In this document: piece after piece, positions 25,765-38,828 of the stretch | How positions within the stretch are numbered: the first letter of the stretch is position 1 | How the letters are laid out: every line of letters begins with the position of its first letter | Origin: Oculina patagonica | Taxonomy: Eukaryota | Assembly (NCBI RefSeq): GCF_052425735.1 | Contig: NC_135763.1 | Location: 14,818,001-14,882,000 of the forward strand | Reading direction: 5' to 3' | Length of the DNA stretch: 64,000 nt | The notes under the pieces: model-generated | What the model was told of the DNA's origin: nothing | The model's database searches: none | The model's input: only the letters and a program-made list of their open reading frames with translations | Position numbers and translations under genes: made by a program

Positions 25765-28700
25765 ATGGCGTTTCACGTTAGCAAGACGAGTATACTAAAC
25801 ACATTGGATTACATTGAAGATGGCCGAGCAGACATATACAAATGGAGTGAAACTAGACAATCAAACCGTAAAGGAATCAGAGGAAAGCTTTACTCGTTCA
25901 AAAAATTGTTCATTGATAAAACTGTAAGCCGAAAGTTTTATTTGTTTATTAGCATTTAAGTTCATCAGATAGAGTTACTGTGATTTGTTGTTTTGGACTG
26001 AAGATTTTTAGCAAAGTTCAATTCCAAGCCAAGTTTTTAATATTGTTTTTGCAGATTTTGCGAAGTTTTGTACATAATCTGACAATAATAGTTTTTCTAC
26101 AAATGGCCCTTGCAGGTAAGTATAAATCATAATGCCATTGTGCCCAATGTGGCATTCCATGGCAGTAACTAAATGACTGTATTTGGCACAAATTTACCAC
26201 AGCCATGTGGTAAATTTGTGTCAAATTAATTTGCATTAAAGTGGCACCAAAGCTTAAAGTGGACGCTATAGCATGTAGTATTCTCCCCTTGAAAGGGACA
26301 CCAGTTCATTTTCAGTCACCCTCTAGCATTTTGAGAGGTTTCCCTACAAGTTTACTAGTACTCTGACAGAGTACCACATACCTTTTGGTGAAAAGAGGTG
26401 CTATTCAGGGCTGTAGCCAAATGAAAAATATTACCAAGCCAATGCCAAAAAAGAAACACTTCTTTCATATTTACCTCCTGCCAGTAATGTTATCTCTTAC
26501 AGGAACATGAAAAAAAAATTATAAATTCAAGATCTTTGGCAAAGCAAGTGCCTCAGTTTACCTGTTCACCTATGGCTCACTATGGGTGTTCTTATCCAAA
26601 AACACAAACAAATTACCCTGGTCATGGCTCCAACCAGGACTGCCTTAATCCAGAGTCCAATGCAGTGACCTTCAGACTACTGTGCCTCTAAATGCATTAG
26701 GGTACTTTTTGTCTTTGTAAAAGGGATACAAAAATCTCTGATTCAAGGTCGTTCAGGGATCAGTGTGTCTGGCTTAATCCCATATTACACACACACCTCT
26801 CTGACTGAAAGGGTGTGTGATAGAGGTCACATGTGTAAGTATAATTTAAAGTTGTTTTCTTCTTTTACATCATCAGCACTTGGAACATTTATGTGCCAGA
26901 CACTTAGTAAGTATCCTATCACAATAGAAATGATGATCAACTAGACAATTTTAGAGACTTCAAGGTTTGAAGTCAAAGTTTCAAGAACCTCTGCTCCTAC
27001 CGAGGGCTGTGGTAACAAGATTGGTTTAAAAGAAGAAAGTTGCACTCATAGTCGTTCATGTGCTTGTAATTCAATCTGTGAAGGTTCCTATAATTGAAAT
27101 TCTGACAGTTGAAAGGAACATATCCCTTAAATTACCCTTGATAGTACCAAACATTCTTTTTTCATTTCATTTTGCAAAATATTGAGAAATAACTACAGTG
27201 TGAAACATGTTGGATGAAGCAATAGTGAGAAGTGCTTTTCCCTTTTGTTGGCATGTAAGGGAATCACAGGTTACCGGCCCCAACATCCTTGCTTGCCCTT
27301 ACAGTTAGGTAGTATCAATTTATACACCTGGGTGGAGAGAGACTGACTATATAATTGTACATATAACATGTCTTACACAAGAACACAAGGTGAAATATGG
27401 CCAGGCTAGAAAACGCCAGCTGACTTTCAATTGCAAACTTCAACACACTTGTGTTGAACAACATCTCTTGCATGCCTTAAAGCTCACTTCATGTATGCAT
27501 TCTTTCAATTCACAGGACTGGACTTTGATGTTCACATGAGTATCTTTGTTTCACCAATTGTATTTCCATTGGCCTTTTCTATTAATGGTTAGTTACAGGA
27601 AATGTGTCCTTATTGTCCTTCAATGAAAATGATAATGATAATGCATTTATGAACATAGTGTAGCACATTAATGACATCATTGTATATGTTCAAATGTGCT
27701 GTACATATGCAGTGTGTAATTTACTACACACAAAGGCCAGACCACAACACTGGGAGCTTGTGCCCCACTCTTTGCAAATAGTGTGTGGGTTCTTTAATGT
27801 CCCCTGCTTTAAGCATGAAGATACAGGAGACAGGACCTACAGTGTATAGTCCTTTTCCGAGAAGACTAGTAATGCCTAATCATTTGTAGAAGTAATTACA
27901 AAGGCAGCACATTCTCCTCAGTTTTTTTAAGACCCTAAGTGTTGGTCCAGTCTGGGGTTCGAACCCTCAACCCTCCCACACACAAATCCCACCAGTTTGG
28001 AGGTTCAAGGTACCAGAAATATTTTTAGTCAAACTCCTCAGGATCCCAAAGGGCTTGGAGTTATAGGTGTCTCGGTGTCCTAGAAATACAGATTCTAGCT
28101 TTCTGTTGAGTTGCCTCAGGGCTTTCTTTGGACTCCAGGCTCCATAGCCAAACCTTGAGGGCTCAGTTATTGTGGAGATAACCCCTTTAGGGCCCTACCT
28201 CCCATCTCAGTGCACGGGTTGCCTGTGTTAGCATTTTGTGGCAAGGGTGCCACTACATGCCGATGATTTCCATACTTGTAAGAAGTTCTAATTGTATTCA
28301 GTGAGTTTCTATTAACTACCTGGTTTAAGGGGTGACCCTTTTGGGTGGAATGACAAGACGGCAATAGTATACTTGTATTTTCCCTAACCAACAAATAAAA
28401 ACTAACCGTAAGCAAACCAGAGTAAAAGCTAACCGCATGCAAACCGGGGTGAAGCTAACCACAAGCAAACCAGAGTGAATTTAACCACAAGCAAACTAGT
28501 GATGTTCTGTCATTTCACCATTCCGCCAAATAGGGTTACCTGGTTAATGTGCTCACCCAGCAAGGAGGAAGTATAAATTACAATGTATGTTCTTGATTGT
28601 TATCTGCTGTATGATGTGCTCATGGATGGTGTTATAGTATGAGCTTATTTGTTAAGACCTTCCCCTTGTGAGCGCAAAACTCTGAACAGTATGTCCTCTC

Positions 28701-31700
28701 CTCTTTCAGTGTCTCCATATTTCTCCTCCCTTCTCTCCCCTCCCCTAACAAAAATATAATTGACATTATTTTAAGAGGGTTGCACTTAATAGCCTTGCAA
28801 CTAACAAACCCCTGGCCCTCGGATTCCAGAACATTGTACAATTTAATACTATTCACTGTTTTTGCTTGCAGCTGATTTTCAGCGGCGTGAAAGGGTTCTT
28901 GAAGACTTAGCACAGTTTAAAGGTGCTCTTGTGGTATTATTTTTCTGCCATAGGGACTGGCTTCAGTCTTCAGGTACATGTAAAATGCTTTAACAGTGTA
29001 CAATGTATAACGGGAAGTAGAATGATAATGATTTTTTAACATGTGGAGATAGTAACGAATACTTGCCATAAGGTGGCCCAAACAATAGCCTCTCTACAAG
29101 CCTTTTGGTTTCCCTTCCCCCAGAACTTTTTCAGCAGTTTTGAATTTTATATATCAAATTTTTAATTTCATGTTATAAAGCGGTTATTTCAACAATGAGA
29201 CCAGGCCCCAGTTGTTCAAAGCATGGATAATGCTCAGGCGGTGTTGGACACGGTTCACGTGACATTTTTCGACCAATCATATGTCACCTTGGTGGAAGCA
29301 ATGGCGGACAATTTTGTCGCGGGATATTAAGAAGGTCTCATCTTTTTCGTGTGATTCCGGCAAAACTTGAACTGTTGTTACGGATTATTTTATTGGAGGT
29401 GGAAGAATAATACCTAGGTCAGTCATCTGTCAAGTTCTGAATTAAGGGAAGCGAGTTTTCTCTCAAAACTAGTCGATTGAAATCATGCTATATGGTAAAG
29501 GGTTGTTTGGCGCAAGCGTTCGACGTCAATGAACATATGGTCATTTCTTTACAAACAAGGATTAGTACTGTAGATTATTTTTGCATAGGACTTAAGTTTG
29601 ATAGTTGAACTTTAAGAAAAGTGCGGTGGGCCCGGGGCGGGCCCCGCCGTTTTAACGGTCAAATTTGGACTTGCAGTTGGGTTTTTTTCCTTGATATGTC
29701 ACTCAGTTCTCTTCCATTTCACGGCATTTTGCGGGAGTTGATGGTGTGATTTCTGTCGATGTTCTTACAGGACAAGGGCTTAATTTGGTACTCCCGTTCA
29801 TGTGTATTTATATTTTAATGTTCACTTGCCATTTTTGTTATTGTAGTGTTTATATCATCCTTTTGTTAAGCCGATATTTGGCATGTCGGAGCGATTGCCC
29901 AGCCACAGGCAGTTGAACTATAATGCTCCCGCAGTCCCGCAGTCGACGAATACACATGTACACTTATCAGCTTTGTCCAACACGCTTTAATAAGAACGAC
30001 AAATTTGCATGTACTCCACTTATACTTGAGAACGATAAATATACATGTGTTCCACTTATCCTTCGCGCAACTCGCTAGTTTTGTTTGACCGATACTCGGC
30101 ATATCTATCAAAACGGCCATTGGGCCCTCCAAGTAAAACAACTCAGCAAAAAACCATCAAAAACCACAATAGGGCGAACTGCGTTGGCCAGCAGTACATC
30201 GACGTGCTTCATTCATTACTCAACATTTCTGAAAAGCAAAGCGCCAAAGATAAGTTCAATTTTAGCCCGTTTACTTCTATCACAAACGTGCTAGAATCGA
30301 ATAATATTTCCAATAGTCGACGAACCGCGATGTTTCTAATCCAAAATATGAGTTGTTCCGCCGTAAATGTTGTCTTTATGAATCCAGCAATACGCATCTA
30401 TGATCATCTATACGTGCTACTAGGCTCGCGAAAGATTTGATATGGATTTCCTACAATATTTCTTTCAGCATTGGAATATCTTCGCACCGCGAAGAGATGT
30501 TTACAGTTCGGCGGTCAGACGATAATAAGTGCAATTGAAAATTTCTTCTGGCATGCTTTGCGAGTCGTGTCCAACACCGCCTGGATAATGCTATCCACCG
30601 CATAAATCGCTATCCAGTGGATAAGTGTTAACAAAACAAACTATGCTTCCTGCTGGAAAGTGATTTATCCCATGGATAGTGTTATTCATCCTTTTAACAA
30701 CTGGGCCCAGCACTGTGAGAGTGTCTCGCCCAAGAACACAACACAAGGGCTTGAGCCCAGACTGTTTGATCCAGAGTCCAGTGTGCTAACCATTAGGCCA
30801 GGCCAATGCGTCTCCCATTCATAATTTGTAGCAGCCATTTAAATTTCTTTTTATGAAACAAGTATTTTTTGTATCGTTCCCAAAACGTACTGAATTACAA
30901 AGTTAACATTTCTTACTATAATCTGGGGATCCTTTTGAAATCCTAAGAATATTCTAAGAGATGGAATGCTTTGGGGAAGGGAGATGCTTCTACGAACTAT
31001 AGTTACTTGTCAATTTATCCTGTTTATTTATCCTGTTTTCATTTTCTTCCAGGTTTACCTAAAGATTTTCTGAAAACTGTAAATACTAAGTTAAAAGGTT
31101 TGGTTTTGAATATCAAAGAGTATCTATTAACTGAGAAACTTATGAGGAGGAACTTTATTCTTTCAGTAAGTAAACCTAAGACGTTTTTTTACCACATTAA
31201 CAGTTAGGATTAAAGTAAAAGGTTAATTCTGCATTCAAGCCTAGTGGCCCGTTAGGTCAGAGCTCATCCCAATTCCTATAGCATGAAGCGACTAAGAGTA
31301 TTTCTATCCCCTCCTTAATGGGATGCTAGTCCATGGCAGGATTATCCCAACATTTAATTTGCTGGTACCCATTTATACACCTGGGTGAAGACATGCACTG
31401 TGAGAGTAAAGTGTCTTGCTCAATAACACAATGCAATGATGCTGGCCAGGGCTCTAACACAAACCGTTAGATCTGGAGTTCAGCATAAAATGTACAGTAC
31501 TTAACCATAAGGCCACCATGCCTCTCTCATTAACAGTTAGACTTGTGCTCAATGTTATCCAACAATATCTTTTTAGTGAAATCTAATGTCATTTCGTGTG
31601 TGTCATAATTTTTCAGGTAATTTATGAAGATTTGAGTGATATAAGCCAGTTGAATGACAAGATAAGATGTTCAAGTTTACCGCACAATTCTCCATTACTA

Positions 31701-34700
31701 ACCAGACTTATTCACTATCACAAGTGAGTTATTATCTCCTTTTGGAAATCTTTGATGAAACATTTTAATTAAACCCCTAAAGAGGATTAATCTGGGTGCG
31801 GCTTAAGCTTCCCCCCCCCCCCCCCTCTCAAAGGATATAATATTTCATGCATGATTGGTCTAGACTGCCAACACAGTACGACAGTGCTTTTTATTTCTTC
31901 GCATGCAACCCTAAACAAGACCCTGATGCCTTATAAAAAATTGGCATTTTGTCCTGGACTAATTGGTATGTGAGACCAAAATCTGTAATTTACATCCTTA
32001 AAGGGGCTGTGTTACCAACATTGAAAGTGCTACCTGAAAATCCAATGAAGGTGTTGGGATTTATCCACTTGTAGTGGCCTGGCCTCATGGCTAAAATGTA
32101 CTGTACTAGTCATGAAAAAAAATTAATATTAAATAATAATTGAAATAATTGGTGATGACAAACATACACATGTATGATTCAGAAATGTACTGCACATGTG
32201 AACTGAGGTGAAAAGGACAAGGAGAAAGAGATCTTTGTGGTTAAATTTCAACTTAAGCAGTTGGAACCTATGACCTCTGCAATTTCCTGCATGTATAAAA
32301 GTAATCTACCGGCATTTCTAAAGTTGCTCTCAGATGGACACCAGAGGGTAAAAGAAAAAGAGGCCTTCCAAAATCCACCTGGAGAAGAACTGCAGAAGCA
32401 GAACTTCAGGCTCTAAATCTTACCTGGGGGCAAGTTTTGCAGCTTGAAAAGGACCAACAGTAATGGAGGCGACTTGTTGATGCCCTATGTGCCACTGGGC
32501 GTTTAAAGGATTGATGATGATGATAAAATTATGTGTTTCTGGTTCATCATAAGTCAATTCAACATAGTAGTGATATATATTTTGTAAGTCATACTGGTGT
32601 TCAGGTTAACATAACAGACGGCCTTCACATGACAAACTATTGGCCAACGCGTGTTGGCAAACTCAAGTTGGTGCGTGTGAATGACGCAGCAACGGCAAAT
32701 AAGTTGGCCGACTGTTGGCGACATAATAGAACTTGTCTCTATTCTCACCAACAGTTTGCCAACTTGTTTGACAACTGTTCTTGTGCCGTTCACACATACC
32801 AACTTGAGTTTGCCATCATGAGTTTGCCAACTTTAGTTTGTCGTGCAAAGGCCGCTTTGCAATGACATGAAGCAATTTGAATTTTAATAAATAAATAAAT
32901 AAATTAATTAATTAATTAATTAGGATTTCTTTTTAATGAATTCAAAATGTTTTATGTCATTGTAAGAGTGTTATGTTCAGGCTCAAACAGATTACCCTAG
33001 GTTGGAAAAAAATTTAACCTGAAAACCAATTGGATCTTTATCATACAGTGTATGCACTATGTATAAGCCATTTTAAATTGCAATCCACAGCTTGATGTGT
33101 CATGCATTTGAGAGACTCCGTGTGATCAGGGAATACCGCTCTCCACGGACCATTCGTTCATTCACTAAAGTGTTTATCTTCCTGATGCCCATTGTACTGT
33201 CTCCGTATTACGTGCACATGGGTATAAAGTCCGGGAACATGTGGAGTCCTTATTACATAGCCGTGCTGACATCATTTATCTTTGGTACATTACAAGGTGT
33301 TCAGGATGTGTTAGATGATCCGTTTGATGGGATAAGTGAGGATGATATTAATCTTGGACAGGTAAGAAGCACACATAATCCTTCAGAAATGGAAGCCTGT
33401 TGAACGGTCTTTGTTGACATTATTTCCTCGTGAGAATAAATTACATAAGTAGAAATAAACCATGATCTGTCGCGAGTCCGTGAATTTGATTGGCTGTGCC
33501 ATTGTTGACTACGATTTGCTGATAGTCAACGCTCGTGTTTGTTTTGTCATGATTCAGGATTTTAGTTGAACATTTAGCTGGGCAAATTCTCCTTCGAAGC
33601 CGCTGTTTGATCATCACACCGCTTTTTCCACACTGACTATATTATGTATAGCGAGGAGAAGCAAAAAGTACCATAATTTTTAGTTAGTTACTGAAAAATA
33701 CTTAGTACTTCGATCAGGGGCACCCAACGAAATAATTGTACTAAAGGTGTCGGAACACCGTTTTTTTGTGCGCTTTAAAGCCTTATTTTTAAACGCTAAG
33801 AATAGTGTATCTTTTCGCATACGCTAGCTAAACTTTCAAACTTCAGAAAATTTTAGGGAACGAAATATTATTACCCAAATTTATAAGTCGCTGTTGCCCT
33901 CTCGAAAATCGTAGCGGGCCTTTTTTCGTGCCCAAAACGATATTTTTCTCTCTCCGAAAACAGCAGGCATTACTTTTCCCATTGTCATGAAGGATTGAGC
34001 TGTAGAAATCTCCAGTTTTTTATCACACTTTAACCCGAGAATCGTAGGCGATTATAGGTCTTCCGAACAGATATTCACCGAAACGATCCGTTGGGTGCCC
34101 CTGTTCGATATTTTCTCATTAATTTAAGAACGGAATGTACTAAAACACCTAACACCGGAAAACACTGGAACAGCGCGCAGTACAGACACCCTTAAAGAGC
34201 GCACTATTCACTTCCGAGCCTTAAGCTTAACGAATAACGGAACCCTAAACTTACCACAGTTTTGGCATTCTGGGGTGTTCTGTGTTCCGGGTTTTAGTAC
34301 ATGCATTCACTAACAGTACAATAATTACACTTCCATCAGTCAGTAGCTTACCACATCGTGACAGACCACGTCCAGAAAAGATTTTTAGACCTCGTTTTTA
34401 TTTGTCTCTTTATTCAGCTGGAAGACTGGACAGCACAGTCGCTTCTCACAAACAGAACCATCACCATTGGTCGCTTCACTGTGACTACAAAAGGAAAAGA
34501 AAAAATGGAACTCAGTGACAGTGACGATGATGACGGGCCGAGTCCCATGATACTCCACCCGCCTAAGGTGCAACACAAACGGAAGCCCATCCTCAGGAAA
34601 CCGAGCTTCCGCAGGGTGGAGCACGGGGAGGAAAACCCCGACCAGGCCCATCGAAAATTGTCCCTCTATCCAGAAACTGCTTCACGCTTGGAAGACTTAA

Positions 34701-37052
34701 CGCGTCGTGGGCTCACCGGAAGTACAACGATACTTCCGGGAATGAAACTAAAAAGGTCCAACAGCGATAGCCTGACCGCTAGCAACTCGCGTGCATCGCT
34801 GGCTCAGGAGTTTTTTAGAGCTCAGGGAATGGACAGTAGCGGACGTGACTCGAAGAAGGTTTCGTTCTCGACAGGAACCCGTGGTTTGTCAGATGACCAA
34901 GGCGAATCTGACAACGAGGACAGTGTTTTTGTTTCTCCCAGATCCCATTCCGACCCATCTAAATATTCGCGGCCATCTTGGATGTTAGATGAAAATGAAC
35001 CATTGTTAATTTCTTTAGACAGTAGATCCGGCTCTTCTGAGACTGGCACCAGTTCCCTTAACACCCCTGAGATGAACCGAAGGGCGCTCCCTGAAGATCT
35101 TTTTGAAGGACTTAAAAATTCTCCTGGCACGAATTTAGTCGATATGCGTTTTTCCGTAAACAAGAAAAAGGGTAAACCTCCTCTAGCGAGTTTGTTCGAC
35201 ACAGATCCAGGACATTCTGTTGATAGTACCGACGGACCTGCTCCCCCTGAGCCAAGTCAACCGGCTTCGATGCCTTCGTCTTTACAAAACTTATTTGGTC
35301 CTCCACGAAATCCCAACAAAGAGGTACCCGCACCTAGCGGCGGCTCGTCCCTTCCCGAGAGACCTCGCCCGCGGGTTCTTCCCATATCTCCTTTGGCACG
35401 TCCCGAAAGTCCACCGACTTCTCGTTCCAATGTCCCCTCATTGCCGGCATCTCGGATCAGCCGCTCGGCTCCAACCTCACCTGAACAAGAAAGATGGAAT
35501 GCCTTTCGAGGAATTTCTGCTCCGTTGACTCCTTCGCCGGAAGATGCGGTCGCTATTCCTTTGAAATCGGTAACTCGGAAAACGTCGGCTGACATTCCTG
35601 TAAGGAAAAAGTCCAGTGATTCGACATCCGGGAATTCAAGGTTTGCGGTCAACGCTCCTGCCCAGACTCCTGCAGTAGAAAATGTAGGACAAGTTTCGGA
35701 TGATCCATTGCCAACCTCCAAAAGGAAAAAGTCTAGTGACATTTCTTCTTTGAATTCAAGGTTTGCAGTCAACACCAGTGCCCAGACTCCTGCGGTAGAT
35801 AATTCAACACAAGTTCCGTTGGCACCTGAAAAATCTGGGACAGACGACAGCACGACTGCTTCCAAGCCAATTGATATGCCAAGATCGAGGGTAAGAAATC
35901 TCTAGATTTATTCTGTAGGACTGTACTTTCCTATTTTATGTGCCACCTTCCTTCAAGCCCCGAGAATGATCAGTATTTAATCATTAAATCATTAAAGTTT
36001 TTCCTAACACAATCAGTACATTGTCAGGCATACAGACACAGGTTATAAGAACAACAAAAGTCATTGATGTGTTTCCAAATTCTTAGCCATAGCATTAAAA
36101 GAAATGTATTTCAAATAGTACGGAGAATTGATATCGTGATCAGAGTTCCAATGTCGATGATGTACTACTGGAGTTATATCTTCAAAAACAGCATTTTTAT
36201 CGACCCCTTTACAAATAAGAGGAAATTCCAGAAAAAAAGGCTTTAAGGCTGGTTCTCATATGATCGCCCTGATCGCAGCCTTAAACAAGCTGGGTGACCT
36301 CCATGACAACTTTTTTTGATAGGATAAATTGACCACTGTGGCACATTTGGAAAGAGTACTCTCTGAGTGTTTTGCTCCGACGAAGGGCTAAATTCGCTAC
36401 GGCGGAAACTGACCGACCCATCGACTGAACTGCTAGCATTCGCGTTTCGTTTTGGGCATAAAATATACGTCGTTACATCTCTTAGCCTTCAATGCAGGTG
36501 TATTCTTTAGCGCCGCAAGCCGATTTTCAGTGAGCGTACAAGCGCCATCTTGGATTCAATAGGGAGTAGGAGTGAGGCCAATTACGCGAACAAAATGATT
36601 CAAGGCTCGCCCATGAAAACGTCTGCATTGCAGGTTATTCATCTCTCAACCCAAAAACATAGGGAAAGATGCTCGGAATTTAGGATGGAAGACAAGTAGA
36701 CAACAGACTCTTAAGCTAAAAATTTTTTTAGAGTTATCACAAACTGTTTCTCCTCATTGACATGTGATCAAACTTTCCTCTGCAGTTCAATGTCGCCAGG
36801 CCTACAAATGATGTTATTAATGCTGAGAAACCTAGAGAAGACCAGCCGCTTGTGACGTCAGGTTTTCCGAATTACGGTGTCACGGACCCCTCCCCTCCCC
36901 AGAGCGTTCAAAGCACACCATCGTCTAGATTCAAAGTGAACAGTCCAAGAAAAACTTCACAGCAGACTGTACGAGAAGGTGAAGAAGAGACTAAGCCCGA
37001 CTCTTTTCAACTCTTGACCCTTGACGGTGACAGCACTGAGGTTTTCATTTAA
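25765..37052 (+). CDS. Bestrophin-like (prokaryote/protist-type) putative anion channel with long disordered C-tail, 884 aa; exons 25765..25923, 26055..26115, 26877..26906, 27516..27587, 28872..28973, 31053..31165, 31617..31723, 33091..33361, 34418..35890, 36786..37052
   Basis: All nine introns are GT-AG with consistent phase, giving a 2655-nt ORF. Four hydrophobic segments; SPIVFPLAFSINADFQRRE after TM2; AFERLRVIREYRSP; LQGVQDVLDDPFDGISEDDI, equivalent to the bestrophin E(D/N)PFG..D acidic motif. The exact start codon is less certain. Confidence 0.85.
27722..27975 (-). mobile_element. SINE-like repeat in an intron
   Basis: caaaggccagaccacaacac...gtgtgtgggttctttaa...gggttcgaaccc (tRNA B-box-like end). 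Confidence 0.5.
29235..30583. mobile_element. 1349-bp non-autonomous DNA transposon with 18-bp perfect TIR and 9-bp TSD, nested in a MITE (29200..30710)
   Basis: TIR CAGGCGGTGTTGGACACG / CGTGTCCAACACCGCCTG; TSD GATAATGCT at 29226-29234 and 30584-30592. Confidence 0.9.
31230..31526 (-). mobile_element. tRNA-derived SINE (reverse copy)
   Basis: Reverse complement of the 45889-46125 repeat (gggatgctagtcca, ggtacccatttatacacctggg, gtgtcttgc..aa.aacacaa). Confidence 0.7.
32618..32856. mobile_element. Harbinger-type MITE
   Basis: cggccttcacatgacaaact ... agtttgtcgtgcaaaggccg inverted termini with internal gttggc/gccaac repeats. Confidence 0.6.
33715..34103. mobile_element. MITE with CAGGGGCACCCAAC TIR and 6-bp TSD, copy 2
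   Basis: TSD TTCGAT at 33709-33714 and 34104-34109. Confidence 0.85.
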
Positions 37053-38392
37053 TGTTGTGGCGGAAGTCTGGTACGAGTAAAGGAAGTTGTGCAGACCCAG
37101 TCTTTCCCGTCGGCGCTGGGAATCATACATTTCATTTTCATTGATGAAAATGTGGACACGACGGCCTGAAAAGAAGCCTCCTGTTAAAGGACGATGATGG
37201 TGTCCGGGCGTTTTCTCGTATCTTTCCATTTCTTGGCTATTTTGAGAAGTCATGTCATAATGCCAAGCTCGACTCTCAATGCGAAAAGGGACGGGTATCC
37301 CACGATATGACTTTAATCTTCGGAGGCTGTGTGATTTTTTTTAACCAATCAACGGGGCATATTGTAAGTTGTTTGAAATCAACAGCATCGTTCATGACAG
37401 TTGTTAGCCTGAACAAACACGCCTCTCTTCGCCGCTTAATTCTTTATTGTCTAAGAAACGGCCCGACGAATTCCATATTTATGACATAGCTATGCAGAGA
37501 TCCGTGTAATGACTCCTAGTGCCCGTTGCTTGCTTCTGCATTGTCACGCCCAGCTAACAATCAGTGTGGGAAACTAAAGGGATCTCTGTAGACCTTCTTC
37601 ATCGGTGAGGAATTTGTAAGTTTGAATTTTCGAAATATCTCAGGGAAGGAAATTGACACGCGAAAAAAACGTCATTTTTCTCAGGCTAACCATTTGTTAG
37701 CCTACAATATTGGTTGAGTTATAACAACTTGTTAAGGAATTAGAGCTTAAAGGTTAAATCAGGGGGAGAAAGTGTACAAATGATTTTAACAGGTTACTGT
37801 TAAACCTTGTTTGCTGTCACTCCTAATTATTTGTGATTCGGGTTTTGAGGAGTCAGATTTTTCACAGATTAACATTTGTATTATAAAGTTGGATTGCCTT
37901 AGTTTTTGGAATAAAAATTTCTTTTTTAAAATTGGTTCAGCAACGAACTAAAACGGATTTTCTACCTACAACATAACCTTTAGTCTTTGTATTTACCAAA
38001 TAAGAAAGTACATAAGAGAATATATTTTTCAAAAAATGAAAAATTTTCTGTTTTTTCCTAAATCTTCTTCTTAAAACTTGCTGATCCAGTTCAGAAATTG
38101 TTACTTAATTGATATTAAGCTAACTGTTTAGTTAGAGACGTTACATAACAAAATAAGCTAACACATTTTCAAAAGTTGCAAAAAAATATTTGTGTAGTTT
38201 ACAAATCTTTAATTTGGGAGCTCAAAATTTTAAAATAAAATGGAATATTTAAGACGGAATCCACTAGGAAGTCGAGTAATATTTATTAAAGTTGGACAAA
38301 AATCAATTTTCAGAATAATTTAAATCCTATTGCGTTATTTCCTACCCTTAATAAAAGGTAAAGATGTAAGTAATTATCCGTGATAACACCAA

Positions 38393-38828
38393 CAACAATT
38401 TCTTATCAGAGTCTGAGAAAATGAATTTCAAAGTTTACAAGGTATGGGCAAAATCTCACGTGTAGCCATTTTGTAAATTCGTCTTAAGCGATTCAGTGGA
38501 ATTCAGCGGAACTTCAAAATGTGTTTTCGATGTGTGGTGTTGTTAGAAAAGATTTCTTTTGATAAGATATTTGAAGCAGTAACAAAAAAGTTTGCAATAA
38601 GGTGGAAATAATTCTGGTACAACAATTTCTTATCAGAGTCTGAGAAAATGATATTTAAAGTTCACAAGCTATGGGCAAAAGCTTACATCTTTTAAGCGAT
38701 TCAGTGGAATTCAGCGGAACTTCAAAATGTGTTTTCGGTGTGTGGTGTTGTTAGAAAAGATTTCTTTTGATACGATATTTGAAGCAGTAACACAAAAGCT
38801 TGCAATCAGGTGTAAATAGTTTTGGTAC
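38393..38828. repeat. Tandem duplication, period ~210-228 bp
   Basis: aacaatttcttatcagagtctgagaaaatga...ttaagcgattcagtggaattcagcggaacttcaaaatgtg...tggtac occurs twice. Confidence 0.9.

Noticed and set aside
34822-35865. Antisense ORFs (126 and 202 aa) over the channel exon, and similar ones over the GPCR, CCDC190-like and gag-pol regions
   Set aside because: Shadows of the real coding strand with no independent motifs.
36374-36400. Hammerhead-like ccgacgaagggcta
   Set aside because: Core is mutated (CCGA) and the 3' half is missing.
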